A stretch of DNA of 64,000 bases from NCBI GenBank assembly GCA_964016885.1, contig OZ024741.1, positions 59,086,001-59,150,000 of the forward strand. Reading direction: 5' to 3'. Origin of the DNA: Eledone cirrhosa. Its lineage: Eukaryota. The position numbers were made by a program, and so were the translations under genes. The notes below the pieces were generated by a model. That model ran no database searches. It was not told the DNA's origin and saw nothing but the letters and a program-made list of their open reading frames with translations. The stretch's first letter is position 1, and each line of letters starts with the position of its first letter. Of the stretch, positions 23,601-36,070 are shown in pieces.

Positions 23601-26235
23601 AAAGGTAGACAAAATATTAGTACAAAAGTAAGAACAGTGTGTGTGCAGTTGAAATATTTACACCAGATGTTGCCATCACACTGAGTCCAACAATAAACCT
23701 ATCAGAGAGTGACCATTATTTTGACAGCTTGAGATCTTTAAATAATTGTTCTTGAAAATGTGGAAAAGTGTGAAATATAATATCTATTTAGAAGATTAAT
23801 GAATTTGACGTGTGAAATATCTTTCATAAATAAAACCAGGTAGAACCAACATAAAGTAGATTCAAGTGCTTTTGTATTAAATGTAATTAGGATAGCAAAG
23901 CTGCAAGAAATATATGGATTCACATGAGATTAATTTGTTAAAGGAATTATTAAACCAAACAGGAGCTTAAGCTTTTACAACAAATTGACTAATATTTGCC
24001 ACAAAGCCCCAAGAATAGGAAGCATTTAGAAGATATCTGCCTTACTAATCCCCCAATGAAACCAGCTCAATCTAATTTATACATAATACTAGCTTAATGA
24101 TTCTAAATTCCAACACTACAGAGATTCAAACCTTTACAAAGATCTTATTTAACAAGCAAGTTGTTTAGAAAGATTTAACTTACAACCTTAATATAATACA
24201 TGATTACTTTTAGGACTGTGGAGGGGAGTATTAGTCATCATTGCTGCCAGAACAATTTGAATAGATTCAGAATTGAATATTGGTAATCGAACATAATGGT
24301 TTCAGTTTCATTTCAGAAACTCATATTTGTTTTACTTTTGAATCTAATTTAGAAAAGAATTTATTTTAAAATAAACCAAGAGAAGTAGAGTTGTTACTCT
24401 TTAGCAATTAGGCTATAAATACTGCCAGCCTGAGTGCAATGAAGCATAACGGTCACGCTCAAGTGGTCACTAGGCAAAGCCATGCTTATTCATTCGTTAA
24501 AAGTGTTCCTGAAATAACTAATGAAGCTGAAAATGCACTTGAACGTAAATTTGTTGAAACTCAAAAATACCCAATAAATATCAAATTTACTTTTCAGACA
24601 TACACAACTAAAGGTAGAAAATAGTAATTTTTTCTTTTTGTAGATGTCAAATAGAAATGACTGGTTTGTAATATTAACAGATTAAAAAATGTGACAAACA
24701 AAAAAACAAAGACTGGTGTTATTTTTTAAGTTTGTTTTCACAATAAATATTAAGATGGATTAAAAGATAGTTTTACTTTGCTTGAAGCATTGTAGAATAT
24801 GAAAAATGTGTTGGAAATTTTAGAAGCCTCTACAATGTGAATGGAGTTGAGAATATTGAGGTAACAAAGTTGAATAAGAATAAAAGATAGACAAAAATGT
24901 CCGTCAGGATCAAGCTAGGTTTGTCCTGGCCCAAGTGAGACTGGTGGACAGAAACACATGGAGCAGGACACTAAGGAGCACTGTCAGGCAGGATCCACCC
25001 CCTACTTAAGGATTAATGTGTCCTGCATAAACAAACACTTGATGATGATGATGAACAGTAACAGAGAAGAAAAAATAAGAGAATCTTGGCAATACTTATT
25101 AGTTCCATATATTTTGGATAAGATAACCATTTTCAGTATTCACAGAAGAGGTGTAAGAAACCTCCTTATTGTTTGTGATTGGGCCAGAATTGAGAGGACT
25201 ACATGCATAGGGAGTGAGTGTGCAGCACACCATAGAGACTGTCCTTCCTACTATAGTTCACTCATTACCAGCAGCAGTGGTGACAGGTGCTAGTGGCAAT
25301 AATAGTTGACCCACATTAATTATACGTATTTGTTAATTCCACATGGTTTATTGGTTACGGTGTTCAACTCATGATCATAGTCATGAGTTTGTTTTCTAGT
25401 GGTGCATTTTCTCTTTGTATAAGACACTTTATCTCACGTTGCCCCAGTCAACTCAGCTGACAAAAATGAATTGTACCTGTATTTTAAAGGGGCAATCATG
25501 TCTCACATTGAATCATTATCATCATCATCAGCATTTAATGTCCACTTGCTAACAAGGTTATGATAAGTCTTCACAAACAGTCATTGCTGAAGCAGGACCA
25601 CTGACCACCCAGATAGGCCAAGGATTTGCATCTCACTTACACATGGACATATATTCTACCAAGTACATTTTATTATGACATCAGCACTTGTGAAGTTGAC
25701 ATGTCTTTGACACATTTGAATGGTCCTCCTAACCCTTTGTTTGGTATCCCCCTGATAATTACTTTAAGAGTGAATGTGTCAGTGGAATGCTCAGCTAAAC
25801 CACTTGCAAGCAGGCTGTGAAATAGCCAAGGTAGGACATCTCTAAGTATCCTTATGAATATAAGTTGATATATGACAACTGTATTGTGTTGTGTTGCTGT
25901 TGTTGTCATATCCTGTTATTACAGGATATGACTGTTGTGCTGTGTTGCTTCTACTGCTGCTGTTTTGTTGTTTCTTTTGCTGTTGTATTTCTACAGTTGC
26001 TGTTGTTACTGTTGTTGTTATTAACACACAAATACATCACTATCATTATATATGGCTGTTATGGTGTTGTTCTTGTATTGCTCATCATCGTATAATGTCT
26101 ATTTTCCATGCTAACATGGGTTTGACGGGTTGTCCTGTTAGAGGCAAGTTGGGTCAGATGACCCTGTCTTGCTCATATAGAACTGTTTCTAGCTAGGTTT
26201 CTACAGCTGGATACCCTTCCTAATATCAACCACAT

Positions 26236-26483
26236 TTACAGTGTGGGCTGGGTGCTTTTTTGTCATGACACCCATACGGCACTTTACAGTGTGGGCTGGG
26301 TGCTTTTTGTCATGACACCCATACGGCACTTTACAGAGTGGGCTGGGTGCTTTTTGTCATGACACCCATACGACCACTTTACCATGTGGACTGGGTGCTT
26401 TTTGTCATGACACCCACATGACCACTTTACAGTGTGGGCTGGGTACTTTTTTTGTTGTGTCACCTACACAACCACTTTACAGT
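26236..26483. repeat. ~47-bp minisatellite, about 5 copies
   Basis: TTACAGTGTGGGCTGGGTGCTTTTTGTCATGACACCCATACGGCACT repeated; a single-copy relative lies at ~40990-41045. Confidence 0.9.
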
Positions 26484-26807
26484 GTTGTTGCTTTTGTTGC
26501 TGCTGCTGTTGTTGTTGTTGTTGTTGTTGTCAACACACACTGTTGTCATTACATGATATGGCAGTTATGTTGTTGTTATATTGCTGTAATAGCTGTTACA
26601 GTTATTGCTTTAGTTGTCTGCCATTACATGGTATAGCCATTATGTTATTGTTGTTGTCAACATACTCCCGCTCTTATTCCCATTATCTGCTACAACAGTC
26701 ATAATCAATTTACCTTTCTTTCTACACAAATGTTTATTTTACTCTTCTTTAGCAAATATTACCATTTGACTAGAAGAAGCCATCACAATTAGCAATGTCA
26801 TCAGTGC

Positions 26808-27324
26808 TTTGATTGTTGTTGTTGATGTTGTTATTGCTGCAGTTGTTGTTGTTGCTGCTGCTTGGTTGTTTTTGTTGTTGTTGCTGCTGTGGTTGTTTTT
26901 GTTGTTGTTGTTTTTGTTGTTGCTGCTGCTGCAGTTGTTTTTGTTGCTGCTGCTGCTGCAGTTGTTTTTGTGGTTGTTGCTGCTGTGGTTGGTTTTGTTG
27001 TTGTTTTTGTTTTTGTTGTTGTTGCTGCTGTTGTTGTTGTTGTTACTGCTGCAGTCGTTTTTGTTGTTGCTGCAGTTGTTTTTGTTGTTGTTGCTGCTGC
27101 GGTTGTTTTTGTTGTTGCTGCTGTGGTTGTTTTTGTTGCTGTTGCTGCTGTGGTTGTTTCTGTTGTTGTTGTTGTTTTTGTTGTTTTTGTTGTTGCTGCT
27201 TCTGTAGTTGGTGTTGTTGTTGTTGTTGCAGTTGTTATTGTGGTTGGTTTTGTTGTTGCTGCTGCTGTGGTTGTTTTTGTTGCTGTTTCTGCTGTGGTTG
27301 TTTTTGTTGTTGTTGCTGCTGTAG

Positions 27325-27372
<48 letters not shown>

Positions 27373-27840
27373 TTGTTGTTGTTACTGCTGCTGTTGTTGT
27401 TGTTGTTGTTGTTGTTGTGTTGTTGTTGTTGTTGCTGTCGTTGTTTTTGTTGTTGTTGCTGCTGTTGATGCTGTTGTTGTTGTTGTTGTTGCTGCTGTAG
27501 TTGTTGTTGCTGTAATTGTTGTTGTTGCTGCTGTAGATGTTGCTGTAGTTGTTGTTGTTGCTGCTGTAGTTGTTGTTGTTGTTGCTGCTGTAGTTGTTGT
27601 TGTTGCTGCTGTAGTTGTTGTTGTTGTTGCTGTAGATGTTGTTTTTGTTGCTGCTGCTGTAGTTGTTGTTGTTGTTGCTGCTGTAGTTGTTGTTGTTGTT
27701 GCTGTAGATGTTTTTTTTTGTTGCTGCTGTAGATGTTGTTCTTGTTGCTGCTGTAGATGTTGTTCTTGTTGCTGCTGTAGATGTTGTTCTTGTTGCTGCT
27801 GTAGATGTTGCTGTTGTTGTTCTTACTGCTGTAGATGTTG
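26808..27840. repeat. degenerate (GTT/GCT)n trinucleotide array with higher-order units
   Basis: About 1 kb of GTT/GCT/TTT/GTA triplets with recurrent 21-27-nt units. Confidence 0.95.
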
Positions 27841-29084
27841 AATGGGTAGTCCTATCATGTAGTTATTTCAATTAACTGAGATGATATCACCTCTTAACTT
27901 ATTAATTGAAAATATAATGTATATAATTCACTATATCACATCTTAACTTATTAATTGAACATGTTACAACATACATAAGTCTGTACACTACTTGTCCACA
28001 GCCAGCTTGAGTTGCCAGTCTATGATCCATTGCTGCATTATTGTGTCCAGGTCTGATTGCAGGAAAGATCTATAGTGTTCAAGATCTGTCCTTTTTATCT
28101 CAAGGTAGTAGGGAATTGGTCCTAGTTGTCATTTGTTTTTGTTTTCTATTATTGTTATATCTTCAGAGATGTTCCCTTTCCTTTACCCTGTAATGTTTGC
28201 CATCACAGCAAGAGCACCCCACAGGAATTTTGACTACCACAGTACTTGACTGTTACTTCATCAAATCAACAAGGGCACCTCTACGCAGCTAATAAAACCA
28301 TAAAGATACAATAAAACCATAAGGAAGATAAAATTAAATGCAATGAAAAATATATTTAAAATACAATTTAAATACCAGGAAAGTACAATTAAACACAGAA
28401 AATACAATTCCACCTCAAAGAAAAGACAATAATACCACAAGAAGAATACAAGTGTTTCTAGTAATAATAAGCTTACAGTAACAAAACAACGTCATGAAAT
28501 CTAATGCAAAGGAACACATCTGACTACGAAAGAACAAAATAAATCACACTACGACATAACTAGCTGTTACCGGAGATAACAAATATTGAGGCATTTAATC
28601 CGATTTCATAACCACTCTACCAATTCCATGGACAAGATATTAAAGGCATTGCTGAGGGACACAGCGTGTAATACCCAGCTCACAGAGCTCTATCCTAGGA
28701 CGGGATGCTCTCCTCTAAAGAGTATATAGAAGTGGAAATTAACATTTCTGTCTGGGATATAAATATTTGTTTACATTTTCGCATACATCTCAACGATATT
28801 CTCAATGGACGCACTTACAATATTTGAACATAACTGAACCGTCGTACCATTTAATTTACATAAACTCACAATTTCTGATTTTACTGTGGATTTACCCATG
28901 CAAAATATTACACAAACTCACAGCCTTAAATTTTCAGCAGCAGCATCAGAATGAAATGAACATCAAGAGGAACAACAACAACAACTTCAACTGCCACCAC
29001 CATCACTGCCACCATCCACCATCACCGCCACCTCCATCACCATCACCAGCGATCGGGCCTTAAGAAAACAACAACTATAATAAT

Positions 29085-29225
29085 AGTAATTATTCTGTTC
29101 TTGGCATGGGGCAGTGATTGTCCCAGCACATTGCTGGTGCCTTGTTTTGTCGGCTCCGTGGGGATAAAGGACAGGGTTGACCTCGACGGGATTTGGGTCC
29201 GGAGCGTGGAGTGCCGTAGCTCTAT
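29085..29225 (-). mobile_element. tRNA-derived SINE copy with A-to-G hypermutation on the + strand
   Basis: Aligns to 9150-9270 and to the reverse complement of 51890-52025, with about 20 A>G changes. Confidence 0.85.
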
Positions 29226-29449
29226 GCTGAACAGTAACACACGGCTTCAATTATACAAACTCTTTATACGAACTCTTTCGTAAGTCAACAGTTGAACCCC
29301 CTGAATTCACTCCCACCTCCTTTGTTTTTTGTTTTTTTTTGTATATTCATCCATTCACTCATTCATTTGCTAACATTCTACCTTCTTGTGTCTCCCCCTC
29401 CATTCATCCACTTCTTTTCTCCATTGTCTTCTTATGCCTCTATATCTGA

Positions 29450-32052
29450 TATAGGTGAGCTATGAGGCCCTTTTACCAGCACTTTCCCTTCCACCCACAC
29501 ACACCAGCCACTTACCCCCGATGCCGCACGGTGCCTCAGTCCCCGGCCCCACGCCCCATCCCCCCAAGCCGACACCTGCAGCACTTGCAGCACCACTAAC
29601 AGATGGAAGAGGGGCAGAACTGTTCGGGGTGTGGCTGCTTCCACCACCTCACCTTTGTTGGCTTGACATGTCGAGCCTCCAGTGCCCTTGCAGCGTGGAG
29701 ATGCAGGAACTGCTCTTCCCCTCGTCTGCCCAGCTACGACCGTCTGGCACACCACCAGATGAGACAGCGAGCTTGCCTGACGCCCAAGCCTCGCTGGTCA
29801 ACATTGCTTGGCTCAGGCGGCTCCGGAAGATTCCACTCAGGATCCCCAAAGCGACCCAGGTGCCAGTAGCCGATGCCCTCGCCTCCTTGATTGAGAGTGC
29901 CCTGGACTCCAACCGAGCCATCGACTGGGAGCGAGTCTTTTATTTCGCCCCACTCGCTCTCGTTCTCTCCAGCTCTGGCGCTGACGGGGTCGGCTGGTCG
30001 ACAGCAGCTTTTGTGAAGGCCAATGTTTTGTCCTTTGGGCAATCACCCATTCCAAGCGTGCCTAGGGACGCCACACACCCTACCCTTGGGTAACCCCAAT
30101 CCTCCACCCCTGAGGCCAGCGCCAAGCATTTGTGCGACCGCGTAAATGCTAAATTAATCATGTGTGATGTCTCAGCTGCAGTCAGAGTGGTTGCCTCAGA
30201 GGACACTGTCCTCCAACCACCGGGGAGGTCCTGGCTGCCCTGCGACTCAAGCACCCTGTGTCACCCGCTGATCTCAGACCCATACCCCCACTTGCTCCTT
30301 GTGGCTTCTGATGCAGACATCATGTCCGCCATCAAGTCCTTCCCAGCTAGCAGCAGCGGAGATGCTGATGGTCTCCGACCAGGCCACCTCAAGGAGCTGC
30401 TATTCCCTCTCTCTGCTGAGGCCAGGCGCCGCCTTCTGAGTGCAATTGTGGCACTCACCAATAGGCTCATCCATGGCACCCTGGACCCTCACACCCGAGG
30501 TCTATTTTTTTCGGCTAGCCTCACTGCTCTGAGGAAGAAAGAGGGTGGCATACGCCCCATTGCCGTGGGCAATGTCTTCCGGAGGCTGGCTGCCAAGGTG
30601 GTCTGCAGGTCCATAACACCTGAACTGGGTGAGGAGTTGAGTCCGGTGCAACTGGATGTCGGCATGTCTGGTGGCTGTGAGGTGGCCGCACATGCAACGA
30701 GGGAGTTCTTCAACAGCTGTCCACTGGAACCGGCATCCAGGGACTCCAGGCACCTCATTGTCAAGCTTGACATGAGGAATGCCTTCAACTGCTTACACCG
30801 GGACCATCTGCTCGATGCCTGCCTCAGCCGAGCCCCCTCTGCCTACCTGCTGGCCTACCTGTCGTATGGAGCCCTGAGCATGCTCCTTGCTGCTGATACG
30901 GTCATACCGTCGGCCACTGGGGTCCAACAGGGTGACCCTTTGGGACCCCCCCCCCTCCTGTTTGCCCTTGGTATAGACCACATCGCCCGCAGTATCACGG
31001 CCCCTCTCAATATCTGGATGATGCTACATTGGGCGGGCCCATACAGACTGTCTGCCATGACCTACAATCGGTGGTTCCTGCCCTGGCAGGAATCAGCTTC
31101 CAGGTCAACTCGGCCAAGTCAGAGGTGGTGAATGTTAGCCACGATGCTGAGAGCTTTGCAGCCTCCATCTCGGACATGCGGTCCATTCTCCACCAGGTAC
31201 AGGTGACCCCTAAAGAGGATGTCCTCATCCTCAGGTCACTGATCCACCCGCCGGCCATCAACTCCACCATCAGGTCCAGGCTTCAACAACTCCAGACTCT
31301 CACAAGCCGACTGGGCTTGATCAACGGCCACCCAGCCCTCTTTCTGTTGAGGAACTGCTTCACCATGCCGAAGCTCCTCTATACCCTTTGCAGCGCTCCG
31401 TGCTACACCCACACACTTCTCCTCGCTGACCTCGATACTTGTATCCGACAAGCAGCCGAGGAGATATGCAACATTAAGTTTGACGATAGTGGATGGCAAC
31501 AGGCCACTTTACCTCTCAGGTATGGCAGCCTTGGCCTCTGGTCCCCAATCTCACTGGCTTTGCCGGCATATTTTTCATCAGTAACCTCGTACTGCATCCT
31601 CGTCAGCAGGGTTCTTCTAAACACAATAGACCCTCTGTATTCAGAAAACGTGAGGCCGCCTGTGAGACGTGGGACCAGCTGGGACTTAGCCCAGTAGACG
31701 TCCCTCCTCCTTCTCCCCCTGTTGACGTCAAGTCCCCCCAAAGCACTTGGGATGCCATCCAGTGCAGCCTGGCCTCAGACAGGCTCAGGCGCCAGCTCAA
31801 CCAGCACCGCCTTGCATGTTTTCATGCGGTCTCCAAACCCCACAGTGGTGCCTGGCTCCATGCCTTGCCCTCCTTCTCCACTGCCACGCAGCTAGACAAC
31901 AATAGCCTGCGCATCGACGTTTCCTTGAAGCTCGGCCTCCAGATCTGCGAGCCACACCAATGTCGCTGCGGATCCACCGTGGACTTTTTCGGCCTCCACT
32001 CACTTCCTGTCACCACAGTGCCGGCCGCCTTCCACGCCATGCTGCCCTCAAA
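29450..32052 (+). mobile_element. CRE-clade non-LTR retrotransposon, frameshifted, 3'-truncated before the endonuclease
   Basis: DGLRPGHLKE, KKEGGIRPIAVGNVFRRL, KLDMRNAFN, GVQQGDPLGP, LDDATL, QATLPLRYGSLGL, SGAWLHALP, CRCG...GLH..SC zinc knuckle, RH. Confidence 0.9.
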
Positions 32053-32139
32053 GGTCACGTTCATTCCATATTTAATTATGGTCGGTATGTTTATGTTTTG
32101 GACATTTATTTATATACCGCTGTTATGTGCTCGTCATTA

Positions 32140-33429
32140 TCTATATATATAAAACTGTGGTTGTCTGTCTGTCTATCGATTTTTGGCACACATCTCCTCT
32201 TAGAATCTCTCACGGAATTGCACCGAAATTGCTATACTTGTACATTGAGCCCTAGCGAAGACATCGGAAAAAAAATATTTCAAATTGACCCACCCTATGT
32301 GACGAAATCGAATATAATGTATCGATTTTTGAGCGTAAGTTATCAGTTATTTCCCTTTGTTCTGTTTACATTGAGCGTCTTACGTAAAAAATTACGCTGG
32401 CTTTCTCAGCGTTTAAAATGACATTAACACAATACACGAACAGTTGTCGAGCCAGCAAAATATTGACCTGCAAAATTCATCAGTTCGAACACTAAGCTTC
32501 CGTTTTGCTTCATTTCCATCTAAAAGCATTTTAAAACAATATTTTTACTTGAAAACAAGTCTATTTAAAGACTACGTAAAACAAGCAAATATTTCGTCGT
32601 TAGGCGTGCAGACAGACAGTCGTGCAGACAGACAGTCGTGCAGAGAGGTGATATACGCGTGCAGACAGATAGTCGTGCAGAGAGGTGATATAGGCGTGCA
32701 GACAGACAGTCGTGCAGAGAGGTGATATAGGCGTGCAGACAGACAGTCGTGCAGAGAGGTGATATAGGCGTGCAGACAGACAGTCGTGCAGAGAGGTGAT
32801 ATAGGCGTGCAGACAGACATAACTGATAATTTGGTTACGCTAATGTTTTTCTCTGCGTTGCCGTGTTTACATTTTCGATCTTTGTTAATAAATAACCAGT
32901 GCAGTTTCTATCCCCAGCATCCTCTTTTGTTATAACATTCGGGTTATCGTTATGTTTTCTTAACTTCATAAGGCATATTGTTGGTTGAGGGAATATTAAT
33001 CAAAAACACCACATGCAAGTCTGCACAGTAGACACTACAGTTTTTAAGCCAAGAAAGAAACTTAACATTGTAACTTTAACACAGCTACTGAGCGACCCCG
33101 AGCAACGCCGGGCTTTACTGCTAGTAACTGATAATTTGGTTACGCTAATGTTTTTCTCTGCGTTGCAGTGTTTACATTTTCGATCTTTGTTAATAAATAA
33201 CCAGTGCAGTTTCTATCCCCAGCATCCTCTTTTGTTATAACATTCGGGTTATCGTTATGTTTTCTTAACTTCATAAGGCATATTGTTGGTTGAGGGAATA
33301 TTAATCAAAAACACCACATGCAAGTCTGCACAGTAGACACTACAGTTTTTAAGCCAAGAAAGAAACTTAACATTGTAACTTTAACACAGCTACTGAGCGA
33401 CCCCGAGCAACGCCGGGCTTTACTGCTAG
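32140..33429 (+). mobile_element. non-autonomous Helitron with tandemly duplicated 3' end
   Basis: A|TCTATATATATAAA start, (GTCT)n, hairpin CCCGAGCAACGCCGGG and CTAG|T ends at 33124 and 33429. Confidence 0.88.
32603..32818. repeat. 37-bp minisatellite inside the Helitron
   Basis: GGCGTGCAGACAGACAGTCGTGCAGAGAGGTGATATA, about 5.5 copies. Confidence 0.95.
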
Positions 33430-33864
33430 TATTAAATATATATATATAGGTACAGCTATTAGAATACTTCTTAAGTTATTAATTGAGAATATTATCATAT
33501 ACATAATTCTGTACAACACCTTTTAACTTATTAATGCATTCCACCTATAAATACATGTTCCCTTAATGTAATTCTCAAAGGAATTCAGCATGACACATCA
33601 TGTAACAAGGTTGACTCCTAGAATTACAGTAAAATGTAAAATAAAGTAACTTGTTTGTGTATCAAGTGCTTAACAATGACACACAAAGCACTTATGTACA
33701 TAATCATCTGGTTTTTGCATTGGACTTGGAAAACTATAAGTTTAATAAATATGAGATTGTTTACATGGTATCTGGCAGTTCTAGTGAATCCTTAAATTCA
33801 CAGTTGTATAAGAATATAGTAATATGATGCTTACAGGATGAAAACACAAACACATAATATATAC

Positions 33865-34302
33865 CAGGAGTGGGCAAACGTTTTGGGATCAGGGCCACAT
33901 TGACTGGGTCATGAACTCCAGAGGGCTGCACCATTTATTATTGGATATAGTGTGCCAGTAACCGTACTTTTCTTCAGTTAGAATTTAGAAAATATAAAAT
34001 ATAAACTGCATCGTTCATCATCATCATCATCATCATTTTATGTCCGCTTTTCCCTGCTTGCAAAAATTAATAAAATGATTAAATACAAAAATCTCAAAAC
34101 AAAATTTTCTTTTAATTTGTGTCTGTACAACACAAAATATACCAGAACAAAAACGTAACTAGATCTAGTCTCAGTTTAAGTATTATATACGAAAATTTGT
34201 TGATTTTTATTTTTTTATTAATTTGCCAAATGCTTCTATGGGCTGCACAAAACTCTTTGGTGGGCCTCTTTTTGCCTGTGGGCTCTAGTTTGCTCACCCC
34301 TG
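33865..34302. mobile_element. hAT-family MITE containing a tiny RTE tail insertion
   Basis: TIR CAGG.GTG.GCAAAC, 8-bp TSD ATATATAC on both sides; (CAT)n + 30-bp RTE 3' end at 34015-34063. Confidence 0.88.
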
Positions 34303-34998
34303 ATATATACAAATATAAACACATAAAAGATAGGTTTGCAAATTCTTGATCTCATTTCTTGTGCAATGGAGTCTATTATTTTTATAGTAGTAACTTGGGA
34401 AAGCAATCTATGTGGATTGTCTGAGAGATGTCTTCTCTTGTGAAAATGGGTATAGCTTTCATTATGTAAAATCTCCTCATTTCTCTCAGTTTGGAGGCAC
34501 TTATTTTCATGGTACTCCCCGTTTGGGATTTTAGAGGTTGTCAGGTATGTTAAATGGTCCATAAAGGTTGTATATCAGATGTATAGACAGCCAAATACTC
34601 AGTCACTGCACAGAGCAGAGGACGAGGACTGCAGATGTCCTTTTACACTACTAGCAGGGCAAAAGTAAAAAAAATATATTCTTCTATTTCACACTTACGT
34701 AATTGAACTTTCTGAACTAAAACATATATCACCAAGGATTTAATCCAGCATTCTAACATCTCAGCCAATGAGTTTATTTTACAGTAGTATTTTTACTACT
34801 GTAAAAGTTGTAATATCAGAGTAATTTTTCTGTAGAATTCTTATCCTTAATTTTTTATATTTAGTATTTCCTAAAGAATAGACCTAGAAAATACTATGTT
34901 CAATTTAACATTTTTTAAAATTATATATTTGCTTCAGAAAATCCAGCAATACTGTAAAACATGTTCAGAAGCTTAGTAATTCTGTATATTATTGGTTT

Positions 34999-35226
34999 AT
35001 ATAGATAAATATAACACAGAATATATACCTGCCAAGAGTGAATATATAAACCAATAATTGTTTCTACTTTAGGCACAAGGCCAGCAATTACCCAGTGCAT
35101 TACTGATAAAATAAAGTACCAGTAATGCACTGGGTAATTGCTGGCCTTGTGCCTAAAGAAGAAACAATTATTGGTTTATATATTCCTTCTTGGCAGGTAT
35201 ATATTCTGTGTTATATTTATCTATAT
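34999..35226. repeat. near-perfect inverted repeat, 107-bp arms, 14-nt spacer
   Basis: 34999-35105 is the reverse complement of 35120-35226 with about 3 mismatches; includes a SINE 3' tail. Confidence 0.95.
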
Positions 35227-35559
35227 GGTCAATTTTTGCATACACACATACACACTCAATTATATCTATCGATATATTCAGTTTTGGCATATATATATAT
35301 ACATATTGTATTATATTGTGTATATAGTCTGTTTTGGCACACACACATATATATATATATATATATGATGGACGTTAAATGAAGATGATGAGATGATATA
35401 TATATATATACTAAAGATATGATGATGATGATATTCTAACTGTTGAAGAACCTTTTGTAGTACACATAATATTTCTGTGAAGGCAATTTTGTGCTTTTAT
35501 TGCCCTTTTTTTCCATCTCATCCTACTAATTCATTTAACCCTCAGTTAAGATTATTATA

Positions 35560-35910
35560 ACATTAACTTATTGCTGGATCAGCTCAAGTATTTATCTCTC
35601 TTGGTTTACTTTTAAAATTTTACTGACTTCTATGGACTTATCTAATGCATCTATAATATTTCTTCCTAACCTTTACCTTCAATTGTATGTGTTGTTCTCT
35701 GGTCCTGTTGCATAATTCCTCACTAACTGTGTGTTCTTGTCTAATTCTTTGATCTTTGTTTCGTTATTTACTGGCTTTTATTAGATTTCCATTCTTCATT
35801 TGTTCCTTGGTGCATTCCTCTAAATCAAATTCCATGCCAATATCTTTACTGAATCCTTGCAATGTATGTAGCAGTCTTTCTATCCGGTTGTTATCTGTAG
35901 CAAACAACTT
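35560..35910 (-). mobile_element. R4/Dong-like non-LTR retrotransposon RT fragment
   Basis: LFATDNN...FSKDIGMEFDLEECTK...KVRKKYYRCIR. Confidence 0.7.
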
Positions 35911-35970
35911 ATTCTTGCGAAACCTAGATAATAGAAGCATTAGCTTCTATACCTCAGTTCTCAGTGAGTA

Positions 35971-36020
35971 AACATCACTGAGGATGGATCAACGACCCTG
36001 AAATACTAGAATATGACATT
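35971..36020 (+). ncRNA. decayed type I hammerhead motif
   Basis: AACATCA-CTGAGGA-TGGATC AAC GACCCT-GAAA-T ACTAGA A-TA-TGACATT. Confidence 0.55.
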
Positions 36021-36070
36021 CTTACACTGTTACTAAGGTAATTTTGATGTTGTGTTGAGTCACTTGAATA

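Noticed and set aside
26813-27841. 342-aa Cys/Val-rich ORF and overlapping Leu- and Val-rich ORFs
   Set aside because: Stop-free translation of a (GTT)n array; not a metallothionein- or keratin-like gene
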